From Candidatus Levyibacteriota bacterium (GTDB lineage: Bacteria; Patescibacteriota; Microgenomatia; Levybacterales; UBA12049), in the NCBI GenBank assembly GCA_052034235.1, contig JBPOIT010000005.1:49698-113697 (forward strand): a stretch of DNA of 64,000 bases. Reading direction: 5' to 3'. The notes below the pieces were generated by a model. That model was given only the letters and a program-made list of their open reading frames with translations. It had not been told where the DNA came from and did no database searches. Position 1 is the stretch's first letter, and every line of letters begins with the position of its first letter. The translations under genes and the position numbers were made by a program. Below are positions 7,846 to 16,500 of the stretch, one piece after another.

Positions 7846-10158
7846 TTACTTTGTTCCACTTTGTACATATAGGCGTACTAAATTGAATATAGATTCAATT
7901 TTTGATAGTTCATCGTCTTCCATAAAAACAACATCTCTCAAATCTCTTAAAGCTTTAGCGCTGTCAAATCCAAATTGTATTTGTTTTTCTGCTATTTGCT
8001 GAAATAAAATAATGCGGTCTGAATCTGTCAATTGTTCGTTTTCTGCCAGAACATCTTCATGAACACTAGTAATAAATGCTTCGTCGTTGGGTAAAAAATC
8101 TACCATGACTCCATACACCCAATTATTTTTATCCACTCTTTTCATTGTTTTCATTGCATCTTGATAGTCTCCGGTTTCAATTTGCGTACGAAATAATACA
8201 TTAGCACCATAATCACTTAACGGTGCATCTTGCATAGTGGTTTTTATCTCGTCATAGAGTGGATAAGTTCCATCAGTTGACATTCCTATTTGAGTATGTG
8301 CCAATTGAATTAAATTATCATTTCTATCCATAATACCTATCCTCGTATCTTTTTGTAGACTCGCTGCACAGGAAGTAAGCTCATCTTGTAACTGTTGTCT
8401 GTCTTGAGCAGAAGCTGTATCAGGCATTATGTTTGCAATACTTACAATAGCCTGTGTTCTATGATCATAATCAAATGTTCTGATAATTCCATACATTTCC
8501 CCTCTTATTTCAGGCGTGGAGAATGCTGGATAAGAAAAGCTTTCAACAACGGCTTTCATCTTTGTCCCATCATCGGTTATCTTACCAATTCCTTCCAAAG
8601 CGGCACGCGTATTCCCTGCTTGTAAATAACCCTCTACTTTAGAAACTATATTATTTTTCACATGATTACTCTTTGTCATCGGTAAATTATGAAATGAAGT
8701 TTCAATAGTTTCTGTAGCCCATCTTTCAATACGTTTTACTCCCACTTCATCACCATTTGCTGCATATGCTCTTACGATATGAGCAAGTTGAGGTAGAGCA
8801 AAATCAGGATTAAATATCTTACGAACACACACTTCAGCATCAGAATATTTCCCCGCATCTATTAAACTTTTTGTGACGTCAATTAGCAAGCTATCTCGTG
8901 CATCATGAGGATCAAATTCAGTAATTTTGTCGGGCATTAATGTAATCTCTTCAAAAACTTTTCGGACTGTAGGCGTTATTTCACCTGGTTGAGTAGGTGG
9001 TTTTACTTTGCGCTCTTGCCATATGTTATGGGCAGTTGCCATTGCCCACGATCCAAAGACATCACTCTTTGTCTTCATATCGGCATCCGGATCTTTGGAC
9101 ATTTTTAATAATTCATCGAGTACCTGCTGAGCTGAACCGACATCTCCAGTTGCTGAATAATTATCAGCAAGTCTATGTAACAATTTTGCTTTTATATCAA
9201 TAGCCGATTGTGTTTCTTGACTGAATGTTCCTGTTGTAATCTTACTTTTTGCCTCTGCAAAATGTGCACGTGCCTCATCATCAAGTTCTGTACCGCTTAA
9301 TAAATGCCCTACATCAATTAATCTATCGACTTCCAACTTTTTTGTTGGTGCGTCTTGAAGTTTCATCATATCTTCATACGCAGTCTCAATATCTCGACGT
9401 ATCTTCTCATCATATGGAAAATGACGTTTTTTTCTTTCTTCACCAATTAATATAAGTCGTCTCGACCGTCTTTCTAAAGATAGTTCAATCGTTGTTAATC
9501 GCATCGCATCAAGTATGCCCTCAGCTTCTACAATTGGATCAATTTTTTCAGGCGGCTTTGTAGCTTCTACCTTACGAGTTTCTTTCTTTTTTGTAACTTG
9601 TTGAGGGACTTCAAGGTTTGTATCTGCAGGTTCTGGTAAAACTACAGTCCAATGAATTTCTCTAGGGGTAGATCGTCCATCTGTCAATGAAGTGTCCCTA
9701 ACTACTTGTAAATGACGAGGAGTAGTTCCTGCTGGAGCTTCCACGGGTTCTAATCGAGTATCATCAGATGGTATCTGTGGTTTTTTTCCGATATTATTAT
9801 GAGGAGATTCACCAGATGGAGGATCTCCTGATACTGGTAAGCCTGAAGTATCTGAATCACTACGAGAATCTCCGACAGGAGGGGTGATTGTTGGAACATC
9901 CGGTTTCCCATCATGAACTATCGAACTCGGACCGTCTCCTGGGGTATCACCTGATGCTGCTCGAGGTATTGTTACACGATTTGTGTCAATACCCCCTGGT
10001 AAAGTTGGAGGAGTAACATGAGTAGTTATTCTTGCTCTTAAGTTCCTAGATGGTCCTAAATCAACACCTTTCCGGGACAATCCACTACCGAGGACCCTAT
10101 CTTTCCGTTTTGTGTCAAGAATTCCATTAGGTCTATCTCCGCTGTTTTCAATAGTCAT
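7846..10158 (-). CDS. Tagged helical-repeat (TPR-like) protein, paralog of 4934..7741
   Basis: N-terminal MTIENSGDRPNG tag and an RKGVDLGPS motif. The C-terminal half is homologous to the previous gene (AYAANGDEVGVKRIE vs TYAANGDKLGVARIQ). Confidence 0.55.
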   Translation of the reverse strand: MTIENSGDRPNGILDTKRKDRVLGSGLSRKGVDLGPSRNLRARITTHVTPPTLPGGIDTNRVTIPRAASGDTPGDGPSSIVHDGKPDVPTITPPVGDSRSDSDTSGLPVSGDPPSGESPHNNIGKKPQIPSDDTRLEPVEAPAGTTPRHLQVVRDTSLTDGRSTPREIHWTVVLPEPADTNLEVPQQVTKKKETRKVEATKPPEKIDPIVEAEGILDAMRLTTIELSLERRSRRLILIGEERKKRHFPYDEKIRRDIETAYEDMMKLQDAPTKKLEVDRLIDVGHLLSGTELDDEARAHFAEAKSKITTGTFSQETQSAIDIKAKLLHRLADNYSATGDVGSAQQVLDELLKMSKDPDADMKTKSDVFGSWAMATAHNIWQERKVKPPTQPGEITPTVRKVFEEITLMPDKITEFDPHDARDSLLIDVTKSLIDAGKYSDAEVCVRKIFNPDFALPQLAHIVRAYAANGDEVGVKRIERWATETIETSFHNLPMTKSNHVKNNIVSKVEGYLQAGNTRAALEGIGKITDDGTKMKAVVESFSYPAFSTPEIRGEMYGIIRTFDYDHRTQAIVSIANIMPDTASAQDRQQLQDELTSCAASLQKDTRIGIMDRNDNLIQLAHTQIGMSTDGTYPLYDEIKTTMQDAPLSDYGANVLFRTQIETGDYQDAMKTMKRVDKNNWVYGVMVDFLPNDEAFITSVHEDVLAENEQLTDSDRIILFQQIAEKQIQFGFDSAKALRDLRDVVFMEDDELSKIESIFNLVRLYVQSGTK

Positions 10159-10167
10159 AATATACTT

Positions 10168-10176
10168 ATTATACCA
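10168..10176 (-). promoter_or_regulatory. Extended -10 (TGGTATAAT) 9 nt upstream of the ATG
   Basis: The minus strand reads AAATGGTATAAT-AAGTATATT-ATG. Confidence 0.4.
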
Positions 10177-10222
10177 TTTTTGTTCAAAATATTATAAGAC
10201 TTTAATAAGAACATAACAACTT

Positions 10223-11032
10223 TTATTGGGAGTATTGATACATCAGCAACGTGTGGTAATCATCCGGTTCTACTATGGGGCTTTGAAGCGAATGAAAACC
10301 TTGTGGAGTTAATACAGGAGAGAGATCACCTTTGACTAAATTGGGGAAAATAACCACTATTCCATTTGGTTCAAGCGCATTTGGTAATAAAGACGCAAGT
10401 TGTGCTACCTCTATGGGAGTACTCAGAACATATTCCATTCCAAATACTGTCACGATATCAGTTTTGGGAATTCCAAGAGTATTTAAATAACTATCTATAT
10501 CTTCTTCAACTATTTGACCCGTAAATCCTGACTCATTTAGACCCTCTCTTGTTAAGTGAGAAAAACCTTTATCAACTAGTGTCATATGCGACAAATCAAT
10601 ACCCAATGTTTCTGCAAACGCTTGTTCTCCTTGTGCCTTACCAGCTCCGAGAGCGAGATACGTTGGTCTCTCAGGCAATGTAAATCCACTTTTATGAATT
10701 TTCCGAAGCAATTCTTTTGCAATACTAATACCTCTTTGAGGAGAGGTAACATCTTCAAAATTATCCCTCCGATCTATAGTACGACCACTTATCTTTATTC
10801 TATCTGAGACACCACTTGCATTTTCTACAGATGCTTCACCATTTCTTTTCTGATGAAGTTCAGTTCCTAGATGAATAGATTGTGTGTATGTGGTAATAAT
10901 TGATCTATGTGTGGCAGGATTATCGGTTATCTGACCACTATGAGTTGTTCCCACATCTTTACCAGAATCTATTAGTTGTGGAATCTTGAATGTTGTTGAA
11001 ACCCTACCTGACTTTGCTATTTCGATACCCAT
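10223..11032 (-). CDS. Tagged class I SAM-dependent methyltransferase
   Basis: Motif I is YLALGAGKAQG (hhhGxGxxG). An acidic post-I residue follows (TLVDKG). C-terminal motifs are IVTVFGMEYV and LEPNGIVVIF. The N-terminal MGIEIAKSGR tag is followed by IDSGKDVGTTH…PATHRS, which resembles motif 2 of the tag. Confidence 0.5.
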   Translation of the reverse strand: MGIEIAKSGRVSTTFKIPQLIDSGKDVGTTHSGQITDNPATHRSIITTYTQSIHLGTELHQKRNGEASVENASGVSDRIKISGRTIDRRDNFEDVTSPQRGISIAKELLRKIHKSGFTLPERPTYLALGAGKAQGEQAFAETLGIDLSHMTLVDKGFSHLTREGLNESGFTGQIVEEDIDSYLNTLGIPKTDIVTVFGMEYVLSTPIEVAQLASLLPNALEPNGIVVIFPNLVKGDLSPVLTPQGFHSLQSPIVEPDDYHTLLMYQYSQ

Positions 11033-11043
11033 ACGTGTGGCTT

Positions 11044-11052
11044 TTTATAGCA
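11044..11052 (-). promoter_or_regulatory. Extended -10 variant (TGCTATAAA) 11 nt upstream of the ATG
   Basis: The minus strand reads TTTGCTATAAA-AAGCCACACGT-ATG. Confidence 0.35.
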
Positions 11053-11109
11053 AACTTAGACAAAAAGAGGATATTTTATATATTTTTGGATTTGGGATGA
11101 GAAACTAAA

Positions 11110-11445
11110 CTATTTTACAGCACCTTTTTTTGGTTTTTTCGCAAATCTTTCTTCAGCTCGACTTACTGCTAATTGTCCTGGCCCAGCAATGGTGGCTTTA
11201 GTTTCGTCTCCTCCCGCACTCGCGGTAATTACTGCTTTCCCGCCTTGCACCTCACCTTTAACAGCTGCAATAACATTAGGTTTTGCACCTGTCGTTCTAA
11301 GAATTTGCCTAGTCTCAGCAACAGCACCTCTCTTAAATAAAGTACCACCAAGAACTAACTTAGCATGTCTTTCTGCTTTTTTAGCTTCTCTCAGTTCTTT
11401 ATTTGTAGGCACTGCACCTGGTTTTTTCCCACCTTCTACTGACAT
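11110..11445 (-). CDS. Tagged small basic (K/A/G-rich) protein, possibly nucleic-acid binding
   Basis: Sequence MSVEGGKKPG…AKKPKKGAVK shows a strongly basic, histone-tail-like composition. TATAAT lies 9 nt upstream of the ATG. Confidence 0.4.
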   Translation of the reverse strand: MSVEGGKKPGAVPTNKELREAKKAERHAKLVLGGTLFKRGAVAETRQILRTTGAKPNVIAAVKGEVQGGKAVITASAGGDETKATIAGPGQLAVSRAEERFAKKPKKGAVK

Positions 11446-11454
11446 AATATAAAC

Positions 11455-11460
11455 ATTATA
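11455..11460 (-). promoter_or_regulatory. -10 box TATAAT 9 nt upstream of the ATG
   Basis: The minus strand reads GCTTATAAT-GTTTATATT-ATG. Confidence 0.35.
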
Positions 11461-11766
11461 AGCGTAAAATATTTTTTGTCAAGATGGAATATAGGACTTC
11501 TCTAAACGAGGTGGCTCATAACCAGAAAAATATGACCTTGAACTAATTCAGACAACTAGCATCTGAAGAATGAATCATAAAGTCACCAAAGACAAATTAC
11601 CATCAGTTGAGGGAGAATTCTGTTGCTGATTTTTTCACCCTGAAATGTACATTTCTCCTTATGAATACTTACTAATTGCATTATGTGTTGTATCAACTCT
11701 TTAAGAGTACCCTAATTTACTACATATATAATTCCAATATACCTTGTAATAGTATGCTATAAGTCT

Positions 11767-11772
11767 TATAAT
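11767..11772 (+). promoter_or_regulatory. -10 box TATAAT 7 nt upstream of the ATG of the + strand tagged gene
   Basis: The sequence reads CTTATAAT-TCACCCC-ATG. Confidence 0.4.
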
Positions 11773-11779
11773 TCACCCC

Positions 11780-12865
11780 ATGCGAGAAATAAAAAATGGA
11801 GGAGATAGATTACCAGATAAAAAAGGTCGAAGGCACGATGTAACTGTACCTCAAACATGGTCAGATTTAATAGGTGGTCCAGACAAAACACCTCGACCTA
11901 GGGCTACAATTGAAACTAGACGTCCCGTTGATGTCGAATATAGTCGTGTAAAAGTCCCCTTTGAAAGAGAAGAAAGAGAAGAATTACTTACTCAACTTAC
12001 GGTAAATCCAGGAGATGGTATTGCTGAAGTACATAATCCCTATCCAATAGCCGTTGTAGGCGTAAGAATAGATCATCATGGGCAAGCTCAACATATCAAA
12101 TTCGTCCAAACCAGAAATGGACTTATCATGCCTATACCAGACAATCCAAATAGTGAAGATACTCTTATTGGTTTTTTTGTGGGTAGGCGACGAGTAAATG
12201 GTGGTGGTGCAGTTGCTCTTCGTGACAGTAGATATCCATCTATTGATCCTCAGTATCGTACAAAACCTCTTGCACGACAAGACGACCCAACAGGTGATCT
12301 CGCATCCTTTAAACCAACCCAACCCACTGATTTATCAAGACCATATCTCGGTGCTGTCCTCCGTCAAGGTGACTATCCAGCTGTTCCACTTGTTACAGCA
12401 GAAATAGATGGTACGTATAAAGAATTATTAAGTCGATTGGATGGCATACGGCCAGGAAATCGATGGCATTATGCTCAAGATGTCGGACTATTTCAAGAAT
12501 TAGGATTTGATCCCAACAATACTGAAGGCCTTTTTGATAAATCTCATAAAGATAGTCTATCGGCACAAGAGCAACATGTTAGAGAAATTGTAATACAACA
12601 GCATCAGTCTAAACGTCATTCAACTGGTATTTCACCTAACAGATTTGAGTTACTTGTTTATAATACTCGTCGAGATATAAGACCCGAACCAAACTCTGTC
12701 ACATCAACTGATCATTTAAGGGATGCACGTACTGGTGAAGCTCCTTTAGAAATTAAATACACCCGGGGGAGACGAATTAGTTGCCCTCCTAGCACTCCAT
12801 CTATAGTTTACTCACTTGCAGCAGCATTCCCTATCCAAGTAGTTTCCGAATGGGATGGGATATAA
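11780..12865 (+). CDS. Tagged hypothetical protein (variant tag MREIKNGGDR). It carries the ATIETRRP motif shared with 4934..7741
   Basis: An ORF with a Pro-rich N-terminus. PRPRATIETRRPVD matches PQIPATIETRRQP of the 4934..7741 protein. No recognisable catalytic domain. Confidence 0.45.
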   Translation: MREIKNGGDRLPDKKGRRHDVTVPQTWSDLIGGPDKTPRPRATIETRRPVDVEYSRVKVPFEREEREELLTQLTVNPGDGIAEVHNPYPIAVVGVRIDHHGQAQHIKFVQTRNGLIMPIPDNPNSEDTLIGFFVGRRRVNGGGAVALRDSRYPSIDPQYRTKPLARQDDPTGDLASFKPTQPTDLSRPYLGAVLRQGDYPAVPLVTAEIDGTYKELLSRLDGIRPGNRWHYAQDVGLFQELGFDPNNTEGLFDKSHKDSLSAQEQHVREIVIQQHQSKRHSTGISPNRFELLVYNTRRDIRPEPNSVTSTDHLRDARTGEAPLEIKYTRGRRISCPPSTPSIVYSLAAAFPIQVVSEWDGI

Positions 12866-12968
12866 TTTTTTTAGTAATTTCCACCTCTAATCAGTTTTTT
12901 TAATATACGAGTAGTAAACCACATGAGGTAGTAATAGTTACTTTAAAATGGGGGGAAGATGTGTAATG

Positions 12969-13460
12969 CTATTTGAATATTGATCGAGCTTTCCTTTTTT
13001 GGTGGCGTTCAGCTTCTTTTCGACTTTTATTACTATTAACTATACCAGCTGCTATTCTTGCACGACGTCTCGCTTTTTGACTCCCTTTTCCGAATTGAAA
13101 TACTGGCATTACTTCACCATTCGCATTTTGTGTTGTACTAACAAATTTTGTAGGAGTAAATGGTCCTAGACGACTCAATTTATGCATTTCTTTTTTTAGT
13201 CTTATACGATCCCCTATTTGAGGGCCTGTTCTCACAGCACTGCCAATTACAGTGCGTGCACTATGAATAGGTTTTTTGGGTGGTGTAATATCTACAGGTT
13301 TGGATGGGCTCAAATCTACGGGAGCACCTCTAAAAGTAGCACGACCAGGATGTGTAGTTGCATCAACACCTGCATGTGAGGTAGTTCCTGATGAAGTATC
13401 AGCTGGACGTTTCCATTTAAGACCTTCAAAACCTTTTCCAAATCTTGTTTCTGCACCCAT
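12969..13460 (-). CDS. Tagged small basic protein with an R/K-rich C-terminus
   Basis: Sequence MGAETRFGKG…HAGVDATTHPGRAT…ARRRARIAAG…RKEAERHQKRKARSIFK. Confidence 0.45.
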   Translation of the reverse strand: MGAETRFGKGFEGLKWKRPADTSSGTTSHAGVDATTHPGRATFRGAPVDLSPSKPVDITPPKKPIHSARTVIGSAVRTGPQIGDRIRLKKEMHKLSRLGPFTPTKFVSTTQNANGEVMPVFQFGKGSQKARRRARIAAGIVNSNKSRKEAERHQKRKARSIFK

Positions 13461-13466
13461 ATTTTC

Positions 13467-13494
13467 ATTATAGGATATTTAAACTTCTTGTCAA
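13467..13494 (-). promoter_or_regulatory. Consensus sigma70-type promoter TTGACA-16 nt-TATAAT ending 6 nt before the ATG, giving a leaderless mRNA
   Basis: The minus strand reads TTGACA AGAAGTTTAAATATCC TATAAT GAAAAT ATG. Both hexamers are a perfect match to consensus. Confidence 0.55.
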
Positions 13495-13513
13495 TAGTTT
13501 CTTAAACGTATTT

Positions 13514-16500
13514 CTATGGATCTACATCTAAGTCACCAGCAAGTTCGAGTAATATGTCTCTCAATCTTTCTCTTCCGGATCGAGTTGAATCTGGAACAGC
13601 TGTAGTTGTACCAGCTCTTCTTTTTTCTTCAATAGAACTTGTAACAATCTCACGTACCTGAGCATTAACCTCTTGGGTTACGTATTTTGTAATAGCTTCC
13701 TCATACATCCCATAAAGCATCGTTAGCGCCATTTTACTACCCGGATCTGTTGGATCTTCAAAATATTTTACTAAATATTCTCTCAGTCCCTCTAGAAATG
13801 GAATAGTATAAGTGTTTGTGGCTAATGTCGCATCGATAATTTCTTTATTGAGTTCAGTATCATAATAATGTTCTGGAGTAATTACACCGGGGGCAAGAAC
13901 CTTGGCTGCTAATCTATTTGCGACACTTTCCATATCGTGCATAATCGGTATTCCAACTGCCCGCTCTACTGGAATGAAAATAGCTCCTCTGGACATGACA
14001 ACTTTAGGATAAAATAAGTCTCTATCATTCACAACTGTTCCAATTCCTGGCAAATCAAATAACTGTCTACTTAAGCGACTTGCTCCTTCTGGAGTTGTAG
14101 AAGCTAATATGACATTAATATCATGTTGTATCCCTAATCCACTTGTTTCGTCAGTAATACTAGCAAGACTTTCTATCTGGTTTCCTACAGGCATATTGGG
14201 ATCACGATATGAAAGTTTATGCACAATTAAATCCCACATTTCGAGAAAAGCTTGTTGTTCTACTGCTGTCAAACCAGGTATTGGATGTCCTAATATTTTT
14301 TCCCATTTATCAGAGTCTGTAAATCGTTCTCTTACCGCTTCTTTTATAACAAGCTCTCTTTGTTCATGAATATGAGTATCAATTTGCATTATCAATGCTT
14401 CTAAGACCTTTCTTTTTGAACTTTCTTTATCAGTTGATTCGTATTCTTGAATTAGTTTATCTCTTTGCTCGTCTGCAGTAGAATTTGGTAATGTAATACC
14501 ATATTCTTGCGTTTGAGCTTCAAGACCATCTAGAGCTCCAATAACTAGACGCTCAAGAGGAGCGCTAGCTATTGCTTCTACTTCCTGACGAACCAGCTCT
14601 TTCGGGGTATCATACATACTTGATTGTGGCATAGATTTGGAATCGAACCAGGGATCAATTGTTTTTTCTAAGACTACAGGAGTCCGACCTGGGATAGAAA
14701 TTTCCTCAGTATATGTTGTAGGTTCAGTTGCATTCGGGATACGTCTTCCCCCAGTAGGATCTGATAGATGATACCATACAGCAGCATAGAGAGAATCTTT
14801 AATGTCTTGAGAGGATTTCTGTAATCTCCATATTTCTTCAGAACGTGCTTCAACAATTTTATCGATACCAACTTCCAAAGCAGTTTGTATTATCCTCCTC
14901 GTTTCTGGATCATTTATCTTATGATTATAGAATTTATAAGGATCTCCAGAATTTCCTCCACCGGGGACTTCCTTAAAACCTAGAAATCGTACACCATTAA
15001 CTTTTGAATCAAAAGCGGCATTAAGTATGCCAATTAATTTCCGCGACCACCAGTCTTCTCCACCCAAATATTTCAGTGCTTCTGAGTATTCTTTTTTTGT
15101 ATATGCTATTCCGGATGGCCCCAGATCATACAGACGCCCTTCAGGAGATACGACTAAATCAACACGAGATGGTAGATTTGCTGGATCATCAACACGAATA
15201 CAAAAAGGATCACCTTTATCTACTCTACCTATCATTGTTCCATTAGGTAAATGCCTTAATACATTTCGCGATTGTTCAGGAATACCTAGGCTATCTCCCA
15301 TTACACTAATGTCTGTTTCATCACCTAAACTAAATGTTCCTCTGAATCTGGCACTTGACAACATACTTCTTGGTGCATGACGTGGTTCTTGTCCTATATA
15401 CCAAACTGTATAACCAAATTTTCCACCTTGTAGTACATGTTCTTCCAGAATACTCGCAACTGGACTTGGACTTGTGCTATTGTTTGTGGAAGTAGCTTGC
15501 TGGCCTTCTTCTGCAATAACCAAATTAGTTAACGGACGTGGTGCAGCACTAAGTGGATCTTTCTCAAGATAAGCTTTTTCTGCAACATAATTTGTCGTTA
15601 CTGCGACAAATAATTGCTGTGCTGCAGCAGAAAGAGCATTTGTGTTTATAACAAGATTATCATCGGTAAGAGTATTTGGATCTACAGTATGATTACTATT
15701 AAATCCATCTGCACCAAATATTTCACCCAAATTTCTTTCCAACCAACCTAGGATTCTTGATTGATACTCGCCACCCTCCCCATCATATTTCAATCCTTCT
15801 TTAACAAATTTCTTACAATAATCATAGATTTCATCATTTGATGGATATAACCCTGTATCTTTATACTTATCTTTAAGACCTTTAAATGTTTTATCCAAAG
15901 AAACACCTTCTGCCAATTTTCCAGGCTTCATGCCAATTATCGCTCCATTTAAAACACTTCTAAACAAAGCTTTATCCCCGTCATCTCCTTCAAAAGTGCT
16001 CGCAAGTAAATCTGGCAAAGCAGCATAATGTTTATCCTCAGAATATCCATCAATGGGTCTGGCAAGGCTTCCAAATCCAACTGAGACATCAGCATCCCCT
16101 GCGACGACATTCCAATATATTACCTCTTTACCAGTATCTCTTATCCTATCTCCAAGAAGTCGCCAATCTTCTGCACCACTCGGAGCAAGAACAATAACTT
16201 GCATCCCTTCTCTAACCGCTCTTTCTGCAAGTTGCTGCGTAAATACTGATTTACCTTCTCTTGGTCGGCCCAACACTGTAACACCTAGCAATTGTTCTGT
16301 TGAAATCGGCAATTCCCCAAGATCTGGGCCACGATTTATGCCTAAAGCTGCATTCACAGCGGTACCAAGTCTGATCATTCGTGTTCCATCAGAAAATGTA
16401 GGAAGAACAGTGTTTGTTGTAAGTGGTCTATCATAGTCAAATCCTTTAACTTGTGTTGTTGGATATCTCATCAACTCTGCTAATTGTCCACTACTAACTA

